Part shown: piece by piece, positions 1 through 12,896 of the stretch
How the letters are laid out: each line of letters opens with the position of its first letter
How positions within the stretch are numbered: position 1 is the stretch's first letter
NCBI RefSeq assembly: GCF_018350175.1
Contig: NC_058368.1
Location: forward strand, 25,856,001 to 25,920,000
Direction of reading: 5' to 3'
DNA from: Felis catus
Taxonomy: Eukaryota
DNA: 64,000 bases
Notes under the pieces: model-generated
Databases searched by the model: none
Seen by the model: only the letters and a program-made list of their open reading frames with translations
Told to the model about the DNA's origin: nothing
Made by a program: the position numbers and the translations under genes

Positions 1-388
1 ACGAAAGAAGGAGGCAGTGTTCTTGGTGTGGCTAAAGCTGTGAGATGTCCAATTCAACACTGTTAATGGCCACGCTCTTTTCCACATGGAGAAGATCAGC
101 CTGTGGGGCCTGAGGTTGATGACACAGAAACTCATAGGGGAGCAGACTCAGAAAAGAAAGAGTCCGCAGGGCTGGAGACGCTGATTGCAGGCACCCTCAC
201 CCTTCCTGAGCTCTGTGTTTACTTCTGAATGATGGGGAGTTTCTCCCACAAACGCCTCTTAATTTGAATTGGGCTTCTGACCTTTGCTGCATCCTAATAC
301 TATAGAGTGACTTAGATGAAGCATAACAAAGGACAAAGGAGACAAAGCTAGGGAATAGGGTCACAGAAGTAAAAGGATATGGGTTTCT

Positions 389-875
389 GGGGCACCTGGG
401 TGGTTCAGTCGGTTAAGCGTCTATGGCTCAGGTCATGATCTCGCAGTTCGTGGGTTCGAGCCCCGCATCTGGCTCTGTGCTGACAGCTCAGAGCCTGGAG
501 CCTGCTTCGGGTTCTGTGTCTCCCTCTCTCTCTGCTCCTTCCCTGCTCATGCTCTGTCATGCTCTCAAAAATAAATAAACATTAAAAAAAAATTAAAAAA
601 AAATTTTTAATGTTCATTTATTTATTTAATGTTCATTTATTTATTTATTTATTTTCATGCTCTGTCATGCTCTCAAAAATAAATAAACATTAAAAAAAAT
701 TAAAAAAAAATTTTTAATGTTCATTTATTTATTTAGAGAGCAAGCAGAGGAGGGGCAGAGAGTGAGGGAGAGAGAGAATCTCAAGCACTGACGGTGCAGA
801 GCCCTATTTGGGGATCAGTCTCAGGAACCATGAGATCATGACCTGAGCGGAAATCAAGAGTCAGACGCTTAACCG
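389..875. mobile_element. Tail-to-tail pair of CAN-SINEs with duplicated junction
   Basis: Plus SINE from 389 (ggggcacctgggtgg) and minus SINE ending about 875; A-rich and T-rich tails abut. Confidence 0.9.
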
Positions 876-879
876 ACGG

Positions 880-1800
880 TGTCCCTCTGCTGTATGTAAT
901 TTTTATGAATATTCACAAGTTGTCAAAAAGGCCACACCACTTTACATCCTTCTAGCAATGTGGAGAACACATTTCCTACCACTCTTGCCAACAGGGTATT
1001 TTAATATTTTTTACTTTTGTGAATCTATTAACTGGAAAGCGACTTCTTACCGTAGTTTTAATTTGCATTTCTTTTTTATGAGCAAGGTTGAGTTTCTCTT
1101 CATATATTTAAGCTTAAACTATTTTATTTCTATGAATTGTGTTCATATTTGTTGCCCATTTATCTGTTGGCTTGTTGATTTTTTGTGGTTGTTGAATTAC
1201 TTTTTTTTGAGAGAGAGGGTGCAGGTGAGCAAGGGGCAGAGAGAGAGATGGGAGAGAGAGAGAATCCCATGAGGGGCAGAGAGGGAGAGAGAGAAGTGGG
1301 GCTCGAACTCACGAACCATGAGATCATGACCGAGCTGAAGTCCAATGTTTAACTGACTGAGCCACCCAGGTGCCCCATTGTTGAGTTTCTTATCGACTTC
1401 TGTCCGTTATTCAAATGCTAAGGAAATTATGCTTTTGTCTATGATGTGAGTTGCAAAATATTCATATGTCTTTTGACTGCTTTCTATACAGAATTTTTTT
1501 TTAATATTGTTCAATTTATCAACGCTTTATTTTAAGGCTTCTGGGTGTTAACTTATTTTTTGGCAATCCAATTCTGAGATTATAAAAGTAAATTCTCTCA
1601 CATTTTCTTCCAGTACTTTCATGGTTTCATTTTTTTGACATTATAAAATATGTGATCTGTCTGGAATTTGTTTTGGTCTACAGTGAGAGACAGAGATCTA
1701 ACCCAATTCTCCCCCTACATGTCTACCCAGGAGTCTCAACATCACTTACTGAGTAATCTATTTTCCTTCTCACTGACTTGAAATGCCTTCTTTGTATTTG
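880..1800 (-). mobile_element. Ancient L1M fragment interrupted by a SINE (1200..1377)
   Basis: ttttaatttgcatttc, ttgcaaaatatt, tttcttccagtactttcatggtttc motifs of antisense L1 ORF2. Confidence 0.65.
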
Positions 1801-1910
1801 TGTCTGTTTCAGAACTTTCTATGACAGATGAGCTTTAACCCCATTCCCAGCCCATTGTCCAACCAAGAAAGCTTCATTGTTGCCGTTTTATTTTTAAAAA
1901 TGGGAGAGCC

Positions 1911-2116
1911 GGGGCGCCTGGGTGGCGCAGTCGGTTAAGCGTCCGACTTCAGCCAGGTCACGATCTCGCGGTCCGTGAGTTCGAGCCCCGCGTCAGGCTC
2001 TGGGCTGATGGCTCAGTTCCGATTCTGTGTCTCCCTCTCTCTCTGCCCTTCCCCCATTCATGCTCTGTCTCTCTCTGTCCCCAAAATAAAAAATAAACGT
2101 TGAAAAAAAATTTAAA
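1911..2116 (+). mobile_element. Young felid CAN-SINE (SINEC_Fc type) with internal deletion
   Basis: tRNA-like head, CT tract, A tail; TSD aaaaatgggagag at 1896..1908 and 2117..2129. Confidence 0.95.
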
Positions 2117-2792
2117 AAAAATGGGAGAGACTTGAGAATGTTTGTGGAGGGGAAGAGCAGGTGGCAAAGGAAAGTACAGAGGAGGCACCAACAGGGCCAT
2201 GAAGGGCAAAGAGGTTAGGACCATTATGACAGATCCAAACAGCTCATTGGTATGCCCACCTCCGACAGGGGAGTGTGTGCTCTGGATTCTCAAAGGGTTT
2301 TTGCATACTGTGAGGTCTCCTCCCTTTTAGCTTCACGTAGCCCTCCCTCCCAGTTTGTCAGCCTCTTCTTGGCCACCCCGTCGGGACTCTGTGTCTGTTG
2401 ACCAAGTGTTCTCTCATGGACCTTCCTTGCACTTCTCGGAGGCTCAGAGCGCAGCCTGGACCAATGTTACTGCCCATCTCGCTTTCTGCTCCTCTCTGTT
2501 TAGGTACCTCTCACTTGCCCCTCGGTGTTCGTTCCAAACCTCCCAGGCTCTGGCCCCTTCCTCCCAGCCAACGGCCTGTCTCATCTGGGTAGACGGCAGG
2601 TGCTCACCCGGAGTCCACGGTAGGGATTCAAGAGGCTGGTTCACAGAAGTTCTGTGTCAAAATCTGTGAGAAGTGAAATACCCACAGTGTTCATCAGATT
2701 CCCAACACCCCAAAAGGTCAGAAAACTTCTCCCTCAGCAAATCGAGTATGCTAGGTATAATCTCCTTGAGCTTTTTAACTTTTACCTAAAAA

Positions 2793-2794
<2 letters not shown>

Positions 2795-2840
<46 letters not shown>
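2795..2840. repeat. (TA)23 microsatellite
   Basis: Perfect TA run. Confidence 0.98.
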
Positions 2841-2844
<4 letters not shown>

Positions 2845-3373
2845 CATAACCCCTTCCTGTTTCTTCAAAGCCAGTCCCATACATCACCCTTTCACTCCAG
2901 CCTTTCTGCCGGATTATTTTCTCTGAGTTACTTACTCTTCCTTCCCCTCCCCTCCACGCCTCCTGCCTTTCACACTGGCCTCTCTCGCTCTTAGGCCCAC
3001 ACAGGGCAGCAGCAACACCACACTCCAGCACCCTGGTGCCCCCTCCCTTGCTCTCAGCAGGTCGGGGGCCTCTCCTCTGTGGTCTCGCAGTTTCCCGTGC
3101 ATTTCTGTCCTGTGCCCCCCGCCCTGCATTATTACAGCTGTGCTGTCTCTCCTGTGAGACTGTGACATTGAGGACCACATCTTACTTTATATCTCTAGAC
3201 CAGTGTCTCACACACCATGGGAAGCTCGATCAATATTTGTAGTCAGGAGTTCATCGATTCAGTTCTTCTCTAGACCCTCTTCTCTCCTGTCTTTTCTTGA
3301 GGCCTAGAAATTAGAACAAGAAACCGTTTTCTGGGCAGGCACACGGCGGGTTTGTCCAAATGTAGCACCTCTT

Positions 3374-3594
3374 GGGCGCCTGGGGGGCGCAGTCGGTTAA
3401 GCGTCCGACTTCAGCCAGGTCACGATCTCGCGGTCCGTGAGTTCGAGCCCCGCGTTGGGCTCTGGGCTGATGGCTCAGAGCCTGGAGCCTGTTTCCGGTT
3501 CTGTGTCTCCCTCTCTCTCTCTGCCCCTCCCCCGTTCATGCTCTGTCTCTCTCTGTCCCAAAAATAAATAAACGTTAAAAAAAGATATAAAATA
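3374..3594 (+). mobile_element. Young felid CAN-SINE
   Basis: TSD caaatgtagcacctctt at 3357..3373 and 3595..3611. Confidence 0.95.
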
Positions 3595-3894
3595 CAAATG
3601 TAGCACCTCTTTTTTTTTTCTTTCCTTGTATCTCTTTTCTCTCTTACGTCATGCAGTACTCCACGAGCTTTAAAAAAAAAAAAAATGTGTCCTTTTGGCT
3701 ACAGCTACACGGTGCGTCGGTCTAAACGACTCCTGAACCCTCTTCTGCTTTATAACGGGGAATTCAAAGCTCATACTCTAATAAAGTATAATTTGTATTA
3801 TTAACACCCAAATTGATGTGATTGCTGCCCCCATCGAAGTGCAACTGCTCGGGAGGCAGTACAAATACAGCTCATTGAGAAATCGTTACCTACG

Positions 3895-4210
3895 TAAGAA
3901 AAAGAAAACCCAGGCCAGAAGTCCGAACTCAAGGTGTCAGCAGGGCCACGCTTCCTCTGAAGTCTCCAGGGGAGAATTGTTCCTCGCCTCTTACAACTTC
4001 TGGTGGCTTGTAAAGTTCCTTTGGCTTGTGGAGAGTATCACTTCCGCTAAGAAGGGTACCTGTCGTTGGATGGAACCCACCCTAAATCCAGGATGATCTC
4101 ATCTTGAGATCCCGAGTCTAATTACATCTGCAAAGACCCTTATTCCAAACCAGTCACATTCTGATGCTCCGGGTAGATGTGACTTTTGGGGGCCGCTATG
4201 CAGCCACTAC
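3895..4210 (-). mobile_element. MaLR LTR (MLT1-like) fragment
   Basis: ggccagaagtcc..caaggtgtcagcagggcca..ccctaaatccaggatgatctcatcttgagatcc..attacatctgcaaagaccct..cagtcacattctga, the reverse MLT1 pattern. Confidence 0.8.
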
Positions 4211-4879
4211 CCCTGGCACTTCTCCAGACCCAGACCTCCAGTGCTCAGGAGAGGAATGTGAGACTCTCCCATCTCCCTTCTTGACTCCACCTCGTTTTAT
4301 GACTTGGGGGTTTGTGGCCCCAACTTTGGTTAACCCCTCTCACAAGCTGCCCCAGACACTGAACACCTTCTATCCAAGATACATGATTAATTAGCAATGT
4401 CAGGCAAGCTTCCTTGTTATTGATTGGGTTGAAGCTGGCAATTCCTCACATTTTTTCATTTCTTTTTTCTCGTCTTGTTTGTAAATAGAAAAGGCTAAAT
4501 GAATCATTTTGAATTGTATTGTGTATTGAATTGTATTATCCAGAGGATGCGATGGAAGCCAGTAAGTAGGAGACACACAGAGCTGTCTAACTGGGCGGAA
4601 CCTTACCTGTCTCCGGCATCTCTAAAGCACTTCAGTGCATGGATGCGCCCTCCCCCCGCTTCCCCCAACACAGACTCATAACCCTGAGACCTGGACTAGA
4701 CGATAACTGATGAAAAGGAGGTTCACAATGGCCAGGCACTAATACTGATAACCTGGGGAGAACTGACAGGTAGGTGGTGATATCCCATTTTGGCAGACCA
4801 CTGGTTTTCTCATTAGAAAATTGGTGGGGATGAAAACAGATGAGGGCTAAAGCAAGCATCAGATGTTTCTGCCTTTGTA

Positions 4880-5400
4880 GCGTGTGCCACCTTGTTTCCA
4901 GCTACAGCACCTTCATTCTCTTTTAGGGAACTGCCCTCCCAACTTTGAAGTCTGTGTGGTTGGGGAGGGTTTAGCTCCACAAGAGGGGGTGCGAACCAGC
5001 CTGGGTCATCGGGTATTGTGTCTCCTGACCATATGATCGATGAACAAATGACCATAGCATGTCCTTACAGCCAGTTGGCATCAGTCCTTGGGCTTTGGCT
5101 GGATTTAATAAGTTTTCTTCTCATTGGGTTGCTAAGATGGTAGGATGTCATGTTAGAGGTGCCGCTATCCACATCTGTCATCGACTAGGAAGCCCACCTA
5201 ATGATGAAGTCCACACAAAGGAAAGCTGGCTGAGGGACAGGGACAGAATCCTGATGGCATAGTTTAGGCATTCAGATCCAGTTGTCTCTAAAGCCAGGGC
5301 TACCCTCTGGACTTTGTATTAAACGAAGGGATAAATTATCCTTTTTTGCTTAAGCCAGTTTGAATTAGTCTTCTCTCACTTGTTGCCAAGAGTCCTGGTA
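4880..5400 (+). mobile_element. Old MaLR LTR (MLT1-like) fragment
   Basis: gggaactgccctccc...cagatccagttgtctctaaagccag...tttttgcttaagccagtttgaatt...tctctcacttg. Confidence 0.65.
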
Positions 5401-5959
5401 AATATAGGACTATTCTGAGATCGTAAGAAGTAAGCAGATCTGTCTCCAAAAGTTGTCTGAGTGGGCTTATTATCCAGGGGTCTACAGTCATAACCATCAT
5501 TTATTGCTGGATTTCGTGCTGTTTCTATGTATCATCTTCTGTAATCCTCGTAACACCCTGTGAGGTATTATTGGTTTCATCTTAAGACCAATTACTGCTG
5601 AGACAGCTTAAGGAACTTTCTCGAGTCTATACAGCCAGTGGCAGGGCCAGGATTGGATTCCAGGCTGCTGTTTCCAATGTTTATGCTCTTAATTAGCATA
5701 ACTTGTTAGTGAGGGCATTTGTGCCCAGTGATAAAAGGAGCACATTTGTTTTTGTCTCAGCACATGGACGGTATGAAGAGAAAACTTTACAACTAAATAC
5801 CTTATCTTATGGCCTGTTTGTCCAACCTGACCTCATCCTAAAGAAACCAAATGGAAGGGCTGGACAGGAAAAAAGGTGCTTATCAGAGAGACTTGGAAAT
5901 GAATTTTGAAGTTCTTTTTAGTATTTTAGCATAAGTTCTTGAAAATTTTGTCTTAAAAA

Positions 5960-6405
5960 AATTTTTTTTAATGTTTATTTACTTTTGAGAGGAAGACATA
6001 GAATGCGAAAAGAGGGGCAGAGAGAGAGAGAGAGGGAGACACAGAATCTGAAGCAGGCTCCAGACTCTGAACTGTCAGCACAGAGCCTCAAACTCATGAG
6101 CGGTGAGATCATGACCTGGGCTGAAGTTGGATGCCCAACCAAACTGAGCTACCCAGGCTCCCCACCATGCCTTTTAAGTTTATTTATTCATCTTTTGAGA
6201 GAGAGAAGGAAAGAGAGAGAGCCAGGGCGAGCATGAGCAGGGGAGGGGTCGAGAGGGAGGGAGAGAAATCCCAAGCAGGCTCCTCGCTGTCAGCGCAGAG
6301 CCCAACGTGGGGCTTGAACTTGAACTCTCCAATGACCGTGAGATCATGCCCTGAGCCAAAACCAAGAGTCTGAGGCTTAACCGACTAAGCCACCCAAGCG
6401 GCCCC
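5960..6405 (-). mobile_element. Two tandem CAN-SINEs
   Basis: Two T-tail / GA-tract / ...gccaccc units on the plus strand. Confidence 0.9.
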
Positions 6406-6999
6406 CCGACCTCAGGTGATTTTGATGGTGGCTCAAGGATTACAAATTAAGAAATAGATGGATTTACTGTATTCTTGTCCCTAAATGAAAATGTTCTTCC
6501 ATGTCCTGGAACTCTAAAGATTAATTACTCAATTGGTATCTGTTGCATTCCTCTGGTGCTATTGAGCTCTTTAAAAGAATGTACATAATCCTTAATAATT
6601 AGGCCTAGGAGAAGGAAATGCATAATAATTTATAACACATTTTGACAAAAGAGAAAAACCCAGATCTGCTTAAAATAATTACAGTTTCGGTGACAGGTGT
6701 GGGCACAAGTTCAATGCACTGATTTTCTGCTGATGACCATTATTAATGGAGTACATACAGTCTTCAGAACAAGGGCCTAAAGGGTGAACTCAGGCATGTT
6801 TGGGAAATTCTAGAAGGCCAGGTGGGCAGATTTTTGGTATTAGAATCCATCTAGGTAACTCCTCTCTGGTGTTTATGACTTGGCTAAAGTATATTCTCCT
6901 CTGGGAGGCTTCCTTCGATCTACTAAAACTGGGTTAGATGCCCTTATGTGGGATTCCTAGCACCGGTAGCAAGGACCAACCCTAAGCCCCCATAGTTCT

Positions 7000-7545
7000 T
7001 TTTTTTTTTTTTTTAATTTTTTTTTTTTAACGTTTATTTATTTTTGAGACAGAGAGAGACAGAGCATGAACGGGGGAGGGGCAGAGAGGGAGACACAGAA
7101 CTGGAAGCAGGCTCCAGGCTCTGAGCCATCAGCCCAGAGCCTGACGCGGGGCTCGAACTCACGGACTGTGAGATCGTGACCTGAGCTGAAGTCGGACGCC
7201 CAACCGACTGAGCCACCCAGGCGCCCCTGGCCCCCATAGTTCTTACATACCACCCACACTGGTGCAGTTCTTCAAACACCTCAGAATTAACACTTCAAGG
7301 CCTTTGCCTGTGCGGTCAGTCACTTTTCACACTGTTAGCACCTTTTCCTTTCTTTCTTTTTTTTAAAGTTTACTTATCTTGAGAGAGTGTGAGTGGGGGA
7401 GGGGCAGAGAGAGAGGAGAAGAGAGAGAATCCTAAGCAGGTGCCATGCTCTCAGTGCGGAGCCTGACTCGGGGCTCGATCTCATGAACTGTGAGATCAGG
7501 ACTTGAGTCGGTCACTGAACCAACTGAGCCACCCGGGTGCCCCAA
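7000..7545 (-). mobile_element. Two CAN-SINEs (7000..7227 young; 7350..7543 older)
   Basis: First is flanked by TSD gcccccatagttctt. Confidence 0.9.
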
Positions 7546-8042
7546 ACCTTTTTCATTTTTTAGGTTTCAGCTTAAATGATATCTCAGAGAGACTTTCCTT
7601 ATTGCTTTCCCTAAAGAAGCATATGTAATACAAAATTAGGACTTGAAAAAAGGGGGGATAATGCCCCACTCCAAATTATAAAAGAATACATGCTTTTGCA
7701 AAACATTTGGAAAGGAGAGAAAGAAAAAACAATCTGCTAATAAAACACTCCTGAAAACACCACCAACTGTTATAGAACCTTACAACATGCAGAACAATGG
7801 AATCTTAGTTATAACCCAGGATGACCCCTCTTGTGCCACGGTGCTCTTAAAAGCATTTCCAATTTGTCTTAAATTTCTAAGGAATATTACTATTTGTAGT
7901 TATGTTGGGATAAGGAAAACCTGGTAAGTGAGCCATCTTCCTAAAATGTTCTGGTTGGCCAGAGTAGATTTTTGTGAAATAGTCTCTTTACTAATATTGC
8001 CTGCTCCAGATGAATTAATAATATTTAAGCAAAACAAAAATT

Positions 8043-8250
8043 GGGGCACCTGGGTGGCTCCGTCAGTTGAGCAACCAACTTCAACTCAGGTCATGATCTT
8101 GTGTTCGTGAGTTCGAGCCCCACATCGGGGCTCCCTGCTGTCAGTGTGGAGCCTGCTTCGGATCCTTTGTCTTCCTCTCTCTGCCTTCCCCTGCGCGTGC
8201 TCTCTCTCAAAAATAAAAGAAACATTAAAACAAAACAAAACAAAAATAGA
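8043..8250 (+). mobile_element. CAN-SINE
   Basis: ggggcacctgggtggctc head, CT tract, A-rich tail. Confidence 0.9.
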
Positions 8251-8280
8251 AGACCACAACTCCTGAGATATAGATGAAAC

Positions 8281-8337
8281 TTTATTTGTACATAAAAAAT
8301 TATACATCAGGAATTCTTTTCTAAAAAGTCTTTTATT
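8281..8337 (-). terminator. GPALPP1: Candidate distal poly(A) signals of GPALPP1 (two AATAAA)
   Basis: TTTATT at 8281..8286 and 8332..8337; minus strand reads ATGTACAAATAAAG, with a UGUA element just upstream of the hexamer; would give a 3'UTR of about 4.6 kb. Confidence 0.4.
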
Positions 8338-9164
8338 GTAAAGCTCAAAATGAAAAGATTCAAAGAGGCAGTGGATAGCTCTTTGATTTTGTACATAATA
8401 CAGTCACAGTTAAACAATTTTTTAAGCCACAAAAACATACACCTGTCCTATAATAGGAAATACATGACCTCTAACTGCATACTTAAATCTCATGATGCCA
8501 TTCAAGGCCAAAGTAAAATTACTATCATGATAGAGGAGATTTGGCATTGACGTTAGCACAGGCACTATCTCTGACCACTTCTCTCTATGTTAATTCTTCT
8601 TCTCAGATACATTAACAGTGAATTGTTTTCTAACAATACTTAGTACCATGGAAGAAGTGAAAGAGACATGACAAGGACTCTTGTAAATAGTTAGAAAACT
8701 ATCTCCCAAGATCACACATTTCTGAGTAATAATATTAACATTATCCACCCTATGTAAGAAATATAAAGCGTCATAATGTTTGGGGACCAAATAATTTATA
8801 GAATAAGTATTAATCTATTCTGGAGCATGTAAGCCTCAGTACCAGGTAAATCTCAATCTCACTTCTAAAACAAGTCGTTAATTCATAGAACCATTAAAAT
8901 TTCAAGAGATAAATTAAATGTCAAATGGTTGCTACACCCAAACACGATTAAAAACTCTTAATAAGACCATGGCTTTTTTTTTTTTTTTTTTTTTTTGTGG
9001 TTACTAGTGGAAGCAACTAAATCTATCTCAGATGACAATTTATACAGGCAGACAAAAATCATATAATTTCAGATACACTGAACTTAGATATCACCTTCAA
9101 CAATAAAGAAAGTTGGAGTATCTGCTTCACCTTTTGAACTTAGTATTGCTTTTTTCTTCTTCAT

Positions 9165-11835
9165 CTTTTTTAGTTTATTTATTTATTTTCAGAGAGCTTG
9201 TGAGAGAAGAGAGAGGAGAGAGCGAGAGAGAGCGAGTGTGTGTACATGTGCATGAAAGCAGGGGAGAGGCAGAGAGAGGATCCCAAACAGGCTCTGTGCT
9301 GTCAGCGCAGAGCCCAACTCAGGGCTCAATCTCATGAACCCGTGAGATCATGACCTGAGCCAAAGTCAAGAGTCAGACGTTTAACCAACTGAGCCACCCA
9401 AGCGCCCCTCTTCATTTTTAAGTTTCAAAAGACGTCATGGTTCTATAAAACTTGACCAAGAAATGTAGGTAATTAAAAAGTTCTTACTAGAAGATGTCAA
9501 CAATGCCAATTTCCCTCCAGATGGATGGAGACTTGATTTAATTAGGCTTTTTACCATTTTGGAAGGGGGAGGGGCTGACATGAGCACCTTTGTATCCTGT
9601 GTAAATAGCAACTCTGTTCTTTTATTATCAGTGTTGTTATATTGGGCTTAATCTCTCAGAGGGACAAAAAAGCCTCTGGTCTGGCCTTATATTTTATTAA
9701 AATTGTCCTCAGGTGGCATGAAAGAGCATTACATCTAAAGTGGCAGTAAGCTGGCAACTTATGGAAGGCATTATGCAGAAAGAAAAGGTTTTTCTTCCTT
9801 TTGTTAAGGACAAAGACACTTCAAGGGTGAGAGAAAAAAATAGTAAATATGCGATACAGAAACATCCTATCTCTTTAAAAAGATGAATAAAGCAAGGAAA
9901 AATAAGTAACCAATGATGACATTTTTACTTTAAAAAATACCAAGTTTCCCTAAGACATAATGTTAGAAATTTATTTAAGGAGGAGGAACTGGAAAACATT
10001 TCTTCATTTCACCAAGGAAAGAAATATAACCAAATTAAATGAGAGCAATGGATGCTTTTACACAAAGTTTTGTGTCCAGAAGGCATTACCCACTAAAAAT
10101 GACATCTTTAGTTCAATGTTGCTTAGACAAGAAGCTTTTACAATTTCCTTAGGAGAATAATTCATCTTTTTTTTTTTTTTTTGAAGTTTATTTATCTTTG
10201 AGAGCGAGAGCACGTGTGTGCGACCAGGGAAGGAGCAGAGAGAGAGGGAGAGAGAGAATCCCAAGCAGGCTTTGCACCGTCAGCACAGAGCCCAAACGTG
10301 GGGCTCAATCTCATGAACTGCGAGATCATGACCTGAGCCAAAGCCCAACGCTTAACTGATTGAGCCACGCAGGCACCCTTAATTCATCTATTTAATAGCA
10401 ACACTCCTCGAGTAGGCTATAATATCTTACACTGGTATTATAAGAGAGTAAAGAAGACTGATTTGTGCCATAATCTGAACAGTTCACTCAATTTTCATGA
10501 CGCCTAAAAAAAACCCTAGGAATCAGAATTTTTTCCATTAAAACCCCACACTTCCCACCTAGTCTCTGGTTTGTGTTCTTTTTCCCCACAGAAAACAAAA
10601 CTCCTCATACTTCATCAAAACTAGGACACAGAACTAGTGAACAATCAGAATTACTCTGTAAGAAAACATAATTTAGAGGACTTGGATTTAGGCTTTAACT
10701 ATTTAGAATGCTCTATTTGACATTTTAAGAAACAGTACCTAAAGCATTACAAACTAATATACTTTCATTAGAGTGGTTATGATTAGAGTTTCCATTTATA
10801 TTTTTGTATTCTGGGCTAATTTTGATTTTTTAAAAAAAATATTCATGATTGATATAAAAGATCAGTCCCCAATAAATTAGCTAAAATCTGTTAAATACAA
10901 ATGGGTTAAGTTAGATCATCTCAAAGCAAAGTTCAAAGACTTAGAAAGCTTTGATTGAGACCATAGAGACCAAGTCCTAGGCTTCACACTGTTAATGGTT
11001 AATGGCATATTTTGTCCCTCAGATTGCCTCCCCTAGAAATACTTATTAAAATTGGAAAAATCGAAATAGTTTTTCCTTAGCACATGAGCCAATGCAGAGG
11101 TCCCTCTTTCTGACTTAAAAACCAACCAACCAACCAACCAACCAACCAACCAACCAACCAACGAAAAAACAAAAACCCAAACAACAGACAAAAAGCCCCA
11201 TTTGCCCAAACAAGCAAAATGTTAACAGGACAAAACCTCCAAACCCTCTATTTGTAAATGTGCATTCACTGGCTGAAGTTTAGAGGGAAAACCCAAACAA
11301 CTTCCAATTTATGGATTTACTGCAAGGACCTGACACACTTACTCCAGGGCAGGTTAATAGTATCTCACGAGGAAGTCTAAGCTCTTGTGGAGACTTAGCG
11401 GATAGTCCTGACCAGACCTTAGAGGGTACTTAAGAGACGTCACACAAATTAGGAGATGGGGGGAAATCCTCAAAATAATTACTTGAAGAAAAGCCCACAC
11501 TTCATCAGAAGCCAAAAGCACATGAAATTCTATTCCACGTAAGAAATACTGACTTTAGGTTTCCACGTGACTTTAAAGGACAAGGTAAAGGACAGCACAA
11601 GGTAAGTTTGTATGGTTTTTAAGACTAAAATAATCTCCAATCTTAAACTCAAAACAAAGGAATGAAGGTGGACAGACAGATAATAGAGTATTCTTCAACT
11701 TTTCTTCATTGCACAGGGAAATCCCCCTGCAGTAAGAATAAGAAAGTTCAGTAAGTTGGAAAATATTTCTAACTTTAACTATATTTTCCTTTATTATTTT
11801 TAAGATTTTATTATTATTTTTTAAAGTTTATTTAT

Positions 11836-11867
<32 letters not shown>

Positions 11868-12560
11868 CAGGGGAGGGGCAGACAGAGGGAAAGAGAGAAC
11901 CTCAAGCAGGCTCTGCGTGACCAGTGCAGAGCCCAACACAGGGCTTAAACCCACAAACTTTGAGATCATGACCTGAGCCCAAATCAAGAGTAAGAGGCTT
12001 AACTGCCTGAGCCCCCCAGGCACACCAAGATTTTATTTTTAGGTAACCTCTACACCCAGTGTAGAGCTCAAACTCACAACCCTGAGATCAAGAGTCGCAT
12101 ACTCCACTGACTGAGCCAGCGGGCACTCCTGTATTTTCCTTTAAAGCCACAATTCAATATGGATGTCGGTTTCATACAATTAAAAATGATAAAGGTTTTA
12201 AGAAGCAACCTCAGCTTTTACATAATTCCTTAATCACCATTATGAGCCCTTGTCAGATTGGGCTATGGATGAAGGATGTAATCATTTTGAACCTTAACTC
12301 ACAGAGAAGCTTTCAAAGCACTAAACACGTCCTATGATCGTATTTAACACAGAGACTGCAAACACATTTCCTTTGTCCATTCTTTAAAAAAGCATGCATA
12401 TTCGGGTGCCTGGGTGGCTAAGCAGGTTAAGCATCTGACTCTTGATTTTGGCTCAGGTAGTGATCTCGTGGTTTATGGGTTCGAGCCCTGTGTCACCGCA
12501 GAGCCTGCTTGGGATCCTCTCTCTGTCTCTCAAAATAAATAAACTTAAAAAAAAACAAAA
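9165..12560. mobile_element. Five CAN-SINEs downstream of the GPALPP1 stop (minus: ~9165..9408, ~10166..10378, ~11805..12025, ~12030..12127; plus: 12403..12560)
   Basis: SINE heads and tails visible; TSDs taattcatct (10166 copy) and aaaaagcatgca (12403 copy). Confidence 0.88.
11121..11162. repeat. (ACCA)n tetranucleotide repeat, about 10 units
   Basis: accaaccaac... run. Confidence 0.97.
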
Positions 12561-12785
12561 AAAGCATGCACATTTACCCCAGCCTCAAACCACTCTTTCC
12601 TTTGCCATTTCTTCTAAACTAAACTTAAATTTTAGTGTCTTTAATGGCAATGCCTGGTTAGGTTATTATGAGGACAAGGCTACTTTTCCAGTAAACTACA
12701 TTTTTTATCACACAAGGCTGAATATTAAAAAAAAAAAAAAATCACCGTTTACTTATAGAAAAAGATTTTAAGGTTTATAATCTAC

Positions 12786-12791
12786 TTTATT
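12786..12791 (-). terminator. GPALPP1: Candidate proximal poly(A) signal of GPALPP1 (AATAAA)
   Basis: TTTATT on plus strand about 105 nt past the stop codon, in non-repeat sequence. Confidence 0.5.
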
Positions 12792-12896
12792 ATAAAAGGG
12801 AATAGATTTTTACATGCAATCATTCGCAGATAACAGATTATATAGAAAAGTTCAAGTTCATCAGTTTGAAACTATACCTCACTGAAGTATACTTAC

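Noticed and set aside
2654..3242. Overlapping ORFs with YIYIYI runs
   Set aside because: Produced by the (TA)n microsatellite and GC-rich flank.
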